Source: Candidatus Bathyarchaeia archaeon
GTDB taxonomy: Archaea > Thermoproteota > Bathyarchaeia > 40CM-2-53-6
Length of the DNA: 64,000 nt
Assembly (NCBI GenBank): GCA_049517415.1
Contig: JBEKSC010000013.1
Coordinates: forward strand, 1 to 64,000
Direction of reading: 5' to 3'
The position numbers and the translations under genes were made by a program. Below, in pieces: positions 20,481 to 29,346 of this stretch (positions within the stretch are counted from its first letter, which is position 1; every line of letters starts with the position of its first letter). Under the pieces are notes generated by a model. The model saw nothing but the letters and a program-made list of their open reading frames with translations, made no database searches and was not told where the DNA came from.

Positions 20481-20723
20481 CTATTTTCTTCTCTCTCTTG
20501 GGGTTGACTGCCAGAGAAAGAAACTCAAAGCGGAAACTAGGAACGCCACTATGCCCGTAACGTCCACTCTCAAGTTGAAGGGGAAGATCCCTATGTGTGA
20601 CATGGGCAAGGCCACCCAATCTGGGTGTATCATCTGTACCATGATCACGTAAGACCAGGTAAGTAAACCAAAGAGGAAAGTTGTGAGGAAAAGCGCGCGG
20701 CGAGTATCACGCCTAAGTTTCAT
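20481..20723 (-). CDS. Small two-TM membrane protein
   Basis: ATG at 20723 gives MKLRRDTRRALFL..., with two hydrophobic helices. Confidence 0.55.
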   Translation of the reverse strand: MKLRRDTRRALFLTTFLFGLLTWSYVIMVQMIHPDWVALPMSHIGIFPFNLRVDVTGIVAFLVSALSFFLWQSTPRERRK

Positions 20724-20930
20724 GTTTGAGTCCCACCCGACCTGGTCAGAGTTGTTTCCCGCGTGCACTGCCCATGTGCGCGGCATAATATAATTGTAAA
20801 CCCTACCGTTAGCGGTTAGGAAATTCAATCGTCGGTTCGGGCTTGTCGCGGCACGCAACGTTTTATGTTTAGAGAAGTCATTGAGGGCGAGCACACACTG
20901 AACTTCAGTGTTCGGTATTCCTTCTGGTCA

Positions 20931-21440
20931 TCAAGGCTCCTTTATTTCGATTCCCAATTCGTCATAAATTGCGTCTGATTTTTCGAGTATGTCGACGTCG
21001 AAGGTTACGAAGGCGTCTATATCGTGCCCCCACTTACGGAGCCCGTCGGCGTACGCTAGGTGGACTAGGTCAAGCGTTTTGAGTTTGAGTGCGTGTGCGA
21101 GGCGGATACAATTGTGGTATTCAATGGGGACTGATAGAACGACCCCTGCCACCTTGATTCTTGATTGAGCTGGGACAGATGCAAGGAAGAAACCGGAATC
21201 TCGGATCATAAATTCCACAAGTGTTCTCACACGCCTTCTTGGGGGTTCTTGAAGCAATTCCGGTGGAGCCTCCATGTTGGAATCTATCCTGGAGATGACT
21301 GCGGCCAATTCGATTAGCGATACTGGGGAAGCTATCTTTCGGTCTATACTCTCCAGAAATGCTGTTGCCCTGCTGCTTAGTTTGTCAGTAGGGATGTATT
21401 TTGCGAGGATGACGTTCGTGTCGACATACGCCATCATCAT
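20931..21440 (-). CDS. vapC: PIN-domain VapC toxin
   Basis: YVDTNV, ELAAV, LDLVHLA, FVTFD. Confidence 0.9.
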   Translation of the reverse strand: MMMAYVDTNVILAKYIPTDKLSSRATAFLESIDRKIASPVSLIELAAVISRIDSNMEAPPELLQEPPRRRVRTLVEFMIRDSGFFLASVPAQSRIKVAGVVLSVPIEYHNCIRLAHALKLKTLDLVHLAYADGLRKWGHDIDAFVTFDVDILEKSDAIYDELGIEIKEP

Positions 21441-21694
21441 TTCCTGCCCTCGGCGACGATTTCGAGAATGCTCCTCGTGGTTTTGAATGAGAGTGGGGTC
21501 TTTCCGGTTTTTCTCAGAGCAAGCAATTTGTTTACTAACCGTGTAACGTCTTCGTCTTGTCCCAATTTTTCCTTGAGGCCTTCAGCTAGTATCGCTCTGA
21601 TAGCCTCGTTACGGCTTCGGTATGCTCCACGCTTTAGAAGTATGTTCAACTTGCGGACTTCATCATCGTCGAGCCTCACGGGTACTACAGTCAA
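21437..21694 (-). CDS. Ribbon-helix-helix antitoxin
   Basis: VVPVRL...G.YRSRNEAIR RHH pattern; overlaps the vapC start. Confidence 0.85.
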   Translation of the reverse strand: MTVVPVRLDDDEVRKLNILLKRGAYRSRNEAIRAILAEGLKEKLGQDEDVTRLVNKLLALRKTGKTPLSFKTTRSILEIVAEGRK

Positions 21695-21702
21695 TTGCGT
21701 TC

Positions 21703-21721
21703 CGTATACAATTTGTATACG
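21703..21721. promoter_or_regulatory. Palindromic operator upstream of the RHH-VapC operon
   Basis: Perfect inverted repeat CGTATACAA-T-TTGTATACG, 9 nt upstream of the antitoxin start. Confidence 0.7.
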
Positions 21722-22224
21722 CCCAGTAAAAAGGATGCGATAAATATGGAGTTAGGACGCCATGCCGTGTTTTCCGGAATCTATTCCGATGAGGTATCCG
21801 CCTCTGTACCTCTGTTGCGTATGTATTGGGAGAGTAGGCTGTGGAGGAGTGCTTGCTGGGTCACCACCTCCTCGCCGAAAGGGTCAAGTCAACGCGCCTT
21901 CCGTTTCGCTTCCGGACATTTTCAACCACTTTGCCCGCCCCTAATTCGTACGGCATGGTACCGCAGACGCGGATCAAAACGCTTCAGTCTGAGAAATCTA
22001 AGGCCTGTCGAGTCCTTGTTTCCAGCGACCATGTGGAAGGTGGTGGATCCACCCATTGAGGGGTGGTGCCAAACGGTGCCAAACGAGGGCAACCCTCGGC
22101 TCATTTTACGCCTCGATCCCCCCATACGAAGCGATCTGCAGACCCGGGCCATGTCAAAGAGTGCAAGAGTGCGGGCACCGGCTCCACTGAAATCAACCGG
22201 GTATCCTGGCTCGGGTTATTCTTG

Positions 22225-22995
22225 CTAATTCCTTCTTCGCCGGATTAGGAGAGGAGCGAGGCAAAAGGCTGCTGTGAGGATTCCATAGTAGCCGTTGAAT
22301 TCGGGTACTGGGGTTGTGGTTTGTCCGTAGCCGAGGAAGGTTCTGGCGTCCACCATCTTGTTTTGAACGTTGCTTGGAAGCGTAACAAAGGCTGGCGCGC
22401 TTCCCGATGCGAGCACGTGCACCGCGTACAAGTCGAGGGTTGAGAGCATTGGTGGGTCTAGGCGGGCTGCGGTTGCCATCGGGTCCATTATGTCGTGGCT
22501 GTCAAGTATGCTTCCCAAACCTAGAATTCGTCCCAGTTCGTGTGTAGCTAACCAGAACGCGTACTGGCGTGCGGTCAGGTTATTCGTCTGGGCCGCGGTA
22601 AAGACGGAGGGGTCGAGGTAGGTTTGGGTTGACCTAATGGAGGTGCGCGAGTTTGGCTCATAGTTGTAATTTGTCCATCCAACAGCTATCCCCGCGTACG
22701 CACTGGGCATTTGATAATTGACCTGCGCTGTGGCGGACCCGTCGTTGGCTTCAACAAACGTGTAAAGCGGGCCTGTTGAATTTTGCCAGAGCTGAGCCAT
22801 ATTCCACGCAACCGTCGCGTTCAACACAACATCGTGCGCCCATGCCGGGGACGGAGGGATTGAGATCTTGATTACGAGGGACGAAAACCTTCCGTTAATG
22901 GGAATCGATGGCTGGGCCGATACGTGCACTGGAACCAGAGTCATGACGAGTAGGGCGAAGGCAATAATGCAAGCCCAGTACCTTATTCGATGCAA
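22225..22995 (-). CDS. Matrixin-like protein with degenerate Zn motif and PEF-CTERM sorting signal
   Basis: Signal peptide; HELGRILGLGS plus Met-turn IMDP; C-terminal VPEF-TM-RRRR. Confidence 0.75.
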   Translation of the reverse strand: MHRIRYWACIIAFALLVMTLVPVHVSAQPSIPINGRFSSLVIKISIPPSPAWAHDVVLNATVAWNMAQLWQNSTGPLYTFVEANDGSATAQVNYQMPSAYAGIAVGWTNYNYEPNSRTSIRSTQTYLDPSVFTAAQTNNLTARQYAFWLATHELGRILGLGSILDSHDIMDPMATAARLDPPMLSTLDLYAVHVLASGSAPAFVTLPSNVQNKMVDARTFLGYGQTTTPVPEFNGYYGILTAAFCLAPLLIRRRRN

Positions 22996-23032
22996 GAACT
23001 ATCTAGAAAAGAGAGGCCCATTCTTCTAGACA

Positions 23033-23662
23033 TTAGGCTTCCGGACTCGGGTTCCCGATCGTGCGTGTTCCGCAGTTCGGGCACATGAAGTACCGAGCAT
23101 GCCCATGCTGGTAATCGCTACCGACCTTCTTGCAGCTCGAGCATCTGAACCAGTAGAACTTAGTCGGCCTGGGAATGCCGCGAGTGAACGCAAATTGGCG
23201 GAAACCCAACCGAACTAAAAACCGTTTCACCGCAGTAGGCGCTTCACTCTCAGTGCGCTGGCCTTCCATGATACCGCTTCGTCTCTCGATGGTGTACCAT
23301 TGCCGCTCAGAGCATCTATTACACTCAACCTCATTCTCGCCGATCACGCGGAGGCTTCTGCCGCCGCAGGCACTGCAGGCAACTCGCTCCGCCAACCTCC
23401 CACGCCCGCCGGGAATTAGTAATTCAGGTTGGCTTGTGGTCACTGAGCGGAGCAAGCTGACCACTTCGACTGGGGAAATTGTGCCAGCCTTCCGCCTAAT
23501 CTGCAGCTCGGGGAAATGTTTGCTCTCCACGAACTCCCAGCGAACCAAGAAATCAACAACCCGCTTCAACGTCCCTTCGTCCAGTCCGGAAGCCTCCTCC
23601 AAGGCCTTAGCGGACTCCCACCTTCCTTCGGGAAGAACCGACCAAACGCTTTCCAGAATCAT
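23033..23662 (-). CDS. Winged-helix-like protein with two Zn ribbons
   Basis: HTH-like N-terminus; CSAC/CNRC and CSSC/CPNC pairs. Confidence 0.7.
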   Translation of the reverse strand: MILESVWSVLPEGRWESAKALEEASGLDEGTLKRVVDFLVRWEFVESKHFPELQIRRKAGTISPVEVVSLLRSVTTSQPELLIPGGRGRLAERVACSACGGRSLRVIGENEVECNRCSERQWYTIERRSGIMEGQRTESEAPTAVKRFLVRLGFRQFAFTRGIPRPTKFYWFRCSSCKKVGSDYQHGHARYFMCPNCGTRTIGNPSPEA

Positions 23663-23690
23663 CGTCTCTTCGCCAGGTTAGGTCAGTTGG

Positions 23691-23940
23691 GAATTTTCGA
23701 GTTAAGCAAAACGGAGTCCGTATGCGTATTCCGGTTACGTACTTGCAACGATAGGGTGCTGCATATCGAGGCCTAAGCTCGCTGTAACCGGACTCTGAAC
23801 CCAAACGTCACATAGACAACCAGGCATGTGATTTCTAGAACCGCATCTTAACGTCAATGAGCCCTCGCGATTAGTCAAGCTCCGTAAGCAACTGATCGTG
23901 AATAACGGACGCGGCCGATTTCAGTCCGTGACATTGTGAG
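23691..23940. repeat. ~250-bp non-coding direct repeat, copy 1
   Basis: Aligns by eye with 24087-24336, with long identical blocks such as TCTTAACGTCAATGAGCCCTCGCGATTAGTCAAGCTCCGTAAGCAACTGATCGTGAATAACGGACGCGG. Confidence 0.95.
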
Positions 23941-24057
23941 CGTGTTTTCCTCTGCCCCTGCCGCCACCTTCAGTTCGCTTAACGATATCCATTCATTCTC
24001 GGACAGCGCTGACCTGCTTCGATCATCACTTTCTTCGCCGCCAACTTGGACAATCAT
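23941..24057 (-). pseudogene. Truncated paralog of the wHTH/Zn-ribbon gene
   Basis: SALSENEWISLSELKVAAGAEENTL vs SVLPEGRWESAKALEEASGLDEGTL; cut off by repeat copy 1. Confidence 0.6.
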
Positions 24058-24086
24058 TTTCGAGCAAACTGGGGAAGAAATTTCTA

Positions 24087-24336
24087 GAACTTTCGACTCA
24101 AGCAAAACGGAGTCCGTATGCGTATTCGGGTTACGTAGTTGAATGGATAACGATGAGGCCGCAAATCGAGGCCTAAGCTCCCTGTAACCGGACTATGAAC
24201 CCAAACGTCACATAGACAACTAACTAATTTCTAGAACCGCGTCTTAACGTCAATGAGCCCTCGCGATTAGTCAAGCTCCGTAAGCAACTGATCGTGAATA
24301 ACGGACGCGGCTGATTTCAGTCCGTGGCATTGTGAG
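24087..24336. repeat. ~250-bp non-coding direct repeat, copy 2
   Basis: Second copy of 23691-23940. Confidence 0.95.
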
Positions 24337-24536
24337 GTGGCTAGAAGGGTATCTCGTTTCCAGGCTATTATTGGTCATTGACCAGATTTCGTTTGCGCAT
24401 TCACTAGGTCTTGGTGTGGGGCGTGCTCACCGTCGCGACCTCATTGTTGCAACTGGAAGTCTATCTGTCAATCTTCTGAATCAGGCCGTTACATGCGAAC
24501 AGGCTTAAATGGGGCTTGGGGTTTTGAAGTCGCGGT

Positions 24537-24655
24537 GCCGGGGTTCCCGAGCCTGGTACGGGGCAGATCCACCTGAGCCTAAGCCTGGAATCAACGGAAC
24601 CGCAAGCCTGTGGTCCTTACGGGCCTCGAGGGTTCAAATCCCTCTCCCGGCGCCA
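24537..24655 (+). tRNA. tRNA-Ser(GGA) with two introns (24567-24582 at 29/30; 24591-24604 at 37/38), CCA encoded
   Basis: Acceptor GCCGGGG/TCCCGGC, D-stem CCCG/CGGG, spliced anticodon arm CAGGC-CTGGAAA-GCCTG, long variable arm GGTCC/GGGCC, T-arm GAGGG-TTCAAAT-CCCTC, G73; TTAAAT box at 24505-24510. Confidence 0.88.
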
Positions 24656-24715
24656 TTCCGAACCCTCTAGTTCACTTTGTGACACGAGGTACTGATCGAT
24701 GCGTCTAGACCCATC
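24639..24715 (+). repeat. att-like direct repeat (left)
   Basis: 72/77 identical to 31237-31313, first 43 bp exact (hand count). Confidence 0.95.
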
Positions 24716-24899
24716 GAGCCGATCCTAGTATCCTCATTTGAGAAGCCTTTCGGACATCTCCGGCGCCTTGGCGACGTTGAAGTTCACTATCCCTCCTCTG
24801 TAGGATCGCTCGTGAGGAGAAGGATGATTTTTGCATTGCAATTATCAACACACGAGCGTTAAATAACGCGGCAGCTCCCATGGGCTTGTAAACCAACGA

Positions 24900-25868
24900 G
24901 TGCAAGTAATTTTGAAGAGTTGGATGAGGGGAGCCAACAAAGTTCTCAAAGTCTGTGCTTCCGTTAAGAGGGGCGAAAGAACCCTCATTCTTACCGACCC
25001 AGGCATTGACCCTATGGTCCCGATATCGCTAGTACAAGCAGCTACCGAGGTTGGGTCAGAAGCAATAGTTGCCACATTGGTTAGACACTCAGCGAATGAT
25101 GAACCGCCTCGCAGAGTGGTCAACCTGATGCTCAATTCGGATGTGATACTTTCTACAACCTCTGTTACAATGTTCTACACGAACGCAAAGCGAAAAGCGT
25201 GTGAAAGAGGTGCGAGATTCTTATCGATGACTGGAACCACCCTAGATGTATTGAGCTCTGGCGCAATAGAAGCAGACTTCCTTAAGCAGAAACCGCTAGT
25301 TGAAAGATTGGCCAAGAGATTGACCGCCGCGAAAAACATTTCTATTCGAACCGCTGCGGGCACTAATGTTGTTGCAAGTGTGAAAGGACGCAGAGCCATC
25401 CCTAACACGGGCATATGCAGGAAACCCGGAGATTCAAGCGGTGTACCTGACATTGAGGTGTACGTTGCACCGGTGGAGGAAACTGTGGAAGGAACGGCAG
25501 TTATTGACGGTACTATTTCTGGAATAGGTCTCTTGCGGTCGCCCGTGAAGCTGAAGATTCATGGGGGGAAGGTAAGGAGTATCGTTGGAGGCCCAGAAGC
25601 AAGGATGTTAAGAAAAATAGTTCGAAGCCAGAATGATGAGAAGGTCTACCAAATTGCTGAGATTGGCATTGGGCTTAACCCGAAGGCGATACTCTGCGGC
25701 GCAATAATTGAAGATGAATCGGCTCTTGGAACAGCTCACTTGGCTCTAGGAGACAATTCTAAGTTCGGTGGCAGGAACCCCGCGTCTACGCATATCGATA
25801 ACGTGTTCAAACGGCCCCTGATAGAGTTGGATGGCGAAAGGCTTCAACTACCAGCCCGGATAGTTTGA
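24900..25868 (+). CDS. M29-like (aminopeptidase T/leucyl aminopeptidase-like) metallopeptidase
   Basis: PDIEVYVAP, IDGT, AEIGIGLNP, EDES, HLALGDN, THID. Confidence 0.85.
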   Translation: MQVILKSWMRGANKVLKVCASVKRGERTLILTDPGIDPMVPISLVQAATEVGSEAIVATLVRHSANDEPPRRVVNLMLNSDVILSTTSVTMFYTNAKRKACERGARFLSMTGTTLDVLSSGAIEADFLKQKPLVERLAKRLTAAKNISIRTAAGTNVVASVKGRRAIPNTGICRKPGDSSGVPDIEVYVAPVEETVEGTAVIDGTISGIGLLRSPVKLKIHGGKVRSIVGGPEARMLRKIVRSQNDEKVYQIAEIGIGLNPKAILCGAIIEDESALGTAHLALGDNSKFGGRNPASTHIDNVFKRPLIELDGERLQLPARIV

Positions 25869-27613
25869 AGGTAGAGCTCTTCTTGAGCGAATTCGCGACA
25901 GAATTTAGAAACGTGTCCTTCACATACACGGACAGCAAAGAGCCCGCTCTAAAAGACATAAACCTTAGAATCAAAGAGGGTGAGCTAGTGCTTATCACTG
26001 GCCCCAGCGGCGCTGGCAAGACTACTCTCTGCTGTTGCATTAACGGTTTGGTCCCTTACTTCTATACAGGAGAGCTGACCGGAAACGTTATCGTAAATGG
26101 CCTAGACACGAAAAATCAGACTATAGGCACTCTTTCCACAAAAGTGGGACTACTATTCCAAGACCCGGCCAGTCAGTTGGTATCACCAACAGTGGTGGAC
26201 GAACTAGCATTTGGACCTGAGAACCTAGGTATTGCCAAAGAAGAGATCGGGAAACGAATAGAATACTCACTAGACGCCATGCGACTACGTCCGTACGTTG
26301 ACAGAAACCCCGCCACGCTCTCCGGAGGTGAACAGCAAGCCTGTGCATTAGGCGCATTAGCCGCTATGCGTCCAGAAATATACGTGCTCGATGAACCTAC
26401 CTCAAACCTTGACCCAATCGGCAGCAGTACGGTTCTCTCAGCGATTACAGAACTTGCTAGAGCAGAAAAGAAGACGATGATCATTGTCGAACACAAGATC
26501 GAAGAACTCACAGATATGGTTGATACGATGCTGGTCATGGATCAAGGACGCATAATCATGAGTGGAGAACCCAGACAGGTTCTCAAAGAGACAGAACTTC
26601 TCGAGCAGGTGGGACTGAAGGCTCCCCCAGCGGCGGTCGTGTGCAATAAGTTAGCGGCCAAATTCGGAGTAGAGTTGGGCGTACCATTGACGGTGGACGA
26701 GGGTTATGAGAAGATTAACAATTTCCTAAACGGGAAAATAGTGCGACCGTTCTCCTCGTTTCGAGAGAAGCAATCAATTAGCAATCCGAAAACGGAAACC
26801 CCAATTGTCGAAGCTGATGGGCTCTGGCACACCTACCCCGGGAACGTTGAAGCACTCAAGGATGTAGACCTCCGTGTAGGACGGGGTGATTTCCTGGCCA
26901 TCGTCGGCCAGAACGGTTCAGGCAAGACTACTCTGGTGAAGCACTTTAATGGCCTTCTAAGGCCCACGAGAGGAACTGTTCTCATAGATGGCGAGGACAC
27001 TAAGCATCAGACCACTGCTCAACTGTCACGGAAGGTTGGCATGGTCTTTCAGAACCCTGACCGGCAGTTGCTTAAGTTCAAGGTCATCGAAGAGGTCAAG
27101 TTTGGCCCAAAGAATCTCGGGTTCTCTGAAGATGAATGCAACGCGCGTGCAACCGCGGTGCTCCAAGCTGTGGGACTCGAGCACGTTACGGAAAGGGATC
27201 CTCATGAGCTAGGGAAGGGTGAGAAGCAGAGGGTGGTCCTTGCTTGTGCGCTAGCAATGAAACCTGAGGTCCTTGTGATAGATGAACCGACGACAGGTCA
27301 GGATTACAAGAGGTCGAGGGAGATTATGGATCTCGCAGTGAGGCTAAACAAAGAAGGCTCAACGATTATTGTAATAACCCACGATATGAGCCTAGTGGCA
27401 GAATACGCCAAGAGGACGATCCTCATGCACCAAGGACAAATACTGTATGACGGCCCTCCGCGAGAAGCATTCACGAAAACCGAACTTTTGAAACGCAGCT
27501 TTCTGAGTCCGCCACAAGCGACCATACTGGGAATGCGACTGCGCAACTATGTCCCGTACACAGTCCTGACTACGGATGAACTGGTGGATGCTCTGACAAG
27601 GACGGTGACATGA
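25865..27613 (+). CDS. ecfA: ECF transporter ATPase, fused A-A'
   Basis: Two Walker A motifs (GPSGAGKT, GQNGSGKT), FQDP/FQNP, LSGGEQQ, DEPT twice. Confidence 0.92.
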   Translation: MKVELFLSEFATEFRNVSFTYTDSKEPALKDINLRIKEGELVLITGPSGAGKTTLCCCINGLVPYFYTGELTGNVIVNGLDTKNQTIGTLSTKVGLLFQDPASQLVSPTVVDELAFGPENLGIAKEEIGKRIEYSLDAMRLRPYVDRNPATLSGGEQQACALGALAAMRPEIYVLDEPTSNLDPIGSSTVLSAITELARAEKKTMIIVEHKIEELTDMVDTMLVMDQGRIIMSGEPRQVLKETELLEQVGLKAPPAAVVCNKLAAKFGVELGVPLTVDEGYEKINNFLNGKIVRPFSSFREKQSISNPKTETPIVEADGLWHTYPGNVEALKDVDLRVGRGDFLAIVGQNGSGKTTLVKHFNGLLRPTRGTVLIDGEDTKHQTTAQLSRKVGMVFQNPDRQLLKFKVIEEVKFGPKNLGFSEDECNARATAVLQAVGLEHVTERDPHELGKGEKQRVVLACALAMKPEVLVIDEPTTGQDYKRSREIMDLAVRLNKEGSTIIVITHDMSLVAEYAKRTILMHQGQILYDGPPREAFTKTELLKRSFLSPPQATILGMRLRNYVPYTVLTTDELVDALTRTVT

Positions 27614-27614
27614 A

Positions 27615-28454
27615 TTGTCACTCGATTATGTACCTGGAACATCGTTCTTTCATCGGCTGGATCCTAGGACGAAATTTCTCTTCTTCATACTCGCCTTCAT
27701 AATCTCTGAAGCGTTCGACGACCCGTTCCTGTTGGCTCTTGAGTTCGTGGTGATCTTCCTCATAGGTTGGCTGGCTGGGATTCCTAACTCGAAGATCGGG
27801 GGGCTCTTCAAGAATATGATTCCAGTCTTCATCATGCTCTACGTGTTGAATGTTATCTGGTGGAGTCCTCCTCGGGCCAACGTGCTCTTCTACTTGCTTC
27901 CAGCTCAGAAGTGGCTCCCGTTCTCGTATGAAGCGATGGTCTACTCTGCCGGAGTCATCCTGAGATTCGCAAACGTCCTGATTGCGCTATGGGTAATAAT
28001 GCTGACAACACCGATTAGCCGCTTCGTTTTGGGTTTCGTCAAATGGCATCTGCCACCAAGCATCGCGATGGGTATTGGGATAGGACTCGCGTCTGTTCCC
28101 ATGCTGTCGCAAGAGATAGGGATGGTTATGGATGCCATGAAGGCAAGGGCATGGGAAGTAGAATATAGAAACCCTGTCAAGAGGATACGAGCATACATTC
28201 CTTTGTTCGTGCCCATACTGTACCAAACGATTACACGAGCAGAGAACATTGCGGTTGCAATCGAGTCCCGCGCATTCGGACATGACATCTCAAGACGCAC
28301 ATACTATAGAGAAGAAAGAATGCGCGATTCAGACTACCTGGTGTTGGTTCTCGGTATAGCCGTCACGGTATTCTCCCTAGTCATTGGTTCGTACGGACTC
28401 GGATACGGAGCGTACGACTTCGTCTACAGGATGATACTTGGATTCGTCAAGTGA
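27615..28454 (+). CDS. ecfT: ECF transporter T component
   Basis: HRLDPRTK N-terminus, KARA and ESRAF Arg motifs. Confidence 0.92.
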   Translation: MSLDYVPGTSFFHRLDPRTKFLFFILAFIISEAFDDPFLLALEFVVIFLIGWLAGIPNSKIGGLFKNMIPVFIMLYVLNVIWWSPPRANVLFYLLPAQKWLPFSYEAMVYSAGVILRFANVLIALWVIMLTTPISRFVLGFVKWHLPPSIAMGIGIGLASVPMLSQEIGMVMDAMKARAWEVEYRNPVKRIRAYIPLFVPILYQTITRAENIAVAIESRAFGHDISRRTYYREERMRDSDYLVLVLGIAVTVFSLVIGSYGLGYGAYDFVYRMILGFVK

Positions 28455-28533
28455 AGTGCAGTAAGGTCACGTACATAGAGTAAGTAGTCAACCATTAAAT
28501 CAAAATCAAACGACGTGACATCGGTGAAAACGA

Positions 28534-29106
28534 GTGACCGCAAAACCAGACCAGACCAACCAACCAAAGAAATCATTTTGGTATCTCTCTTCAATACAGA
28601 TCGGGCTTGCTGCAGCATTCGGCGCCGCTGCTTTGGCAATCGTGCTTGGCGGATTGATGTTTCCCCTAGGTCCTGGCGGACTTGTCGTCGATCCTAGAAT
28701 GCCATTTGCGTTCGTGGGTGCAGCACTTACAGGACCAATCGGTGCAATCATTGTCGGATTCCTCGCGGGAGTGGGGCGTATCCCTGTCTTCAACATTCCA
28801 TTCCACGTGATAGGAGAAGTAGTATTCTTCGGCATCGGATACAAATACGTCTACAAGTGGACTAAAGGCGACCTCAAGAAAATAATCCTTGGATTCAACC
28901 TTCTTACATTACCCTACTACTTCCTCTGGGAAACAATCTATTGGCCAGTTGTAGTAGCAAACTTCATGACAAAGAACCCGAGCATGGTTATCCCGTTGTA
29001 TTTCTCATATCTGCCGGGCATGATGGTAGAGATGGTCGCAGCAATGGTCATCCAGTCAGTCATACTCACCGTGCTTCCCGCGAAATACAGACGCCCACAA
29101 TGGTAA
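28534..29106 (+). CDS. ECF transporter S component, substrate unknown
   Basis: 190-aa hydrophobic protein with GP..G..VG motif, next to ecfAT. Confidence 0.8.
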   Translation: MTAKPDQTNQPKKSFWYLSSIQIGLAAAFGAAALAIVLGGLMFPLGPGGLVVDPRMPFAFVGAALTGPIGAIIVGFLAGVGRIPVFNIPFHVIGEVVFFGIGYKYVYKWTKGDLKKIILGFNLLTLPYYFLWETIYWPVVVANFMTKNPSMVIPLYFSYLPGMMVEMVAAMVIQSVILTVLPAKYRRPQW

Positions 29107-29346
29107 ACCAACGCCGTAACATCCTCCTTTTCCTCCTTTCTTAGTCCTGTAACGCATACGTAACGTTATGCCGAGGCCCTCCCGACTAGGACCAAATTAC
29201 TCGCAAAACGTTTGACGTCCGTTAATGTTCCTATCCATGATCTTGCTTGCGCCTCTCATCGAGCTTTGTGACATTGAACATCGATTTGTGTTGGGAGGTA
29301 GATGGCGATTTAATCGTACTATGTCTTCTTCCATAGATGATTCCGA

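Noticed and set aside
21745..22224. Intergenic stretch with a 177-aa ORF; considered RNase P or SRP RNA
   Set aside because: No RNase P or SRP signature motifs found, and no frame gives a recognisable protein; left uncalled.
24081..24095. TTCTAGAACTTTC resembling a eukaryotic heat-shock element
   Set aside because: Short motif likely by chance; no supporting factor identified.
23691..24336. Repeat pair as CRISPR array or MITE
   Set aside because: Only two long copies, no repeat-spacer periodicity, and no clear terminal inverted repeats or target-site duplication.
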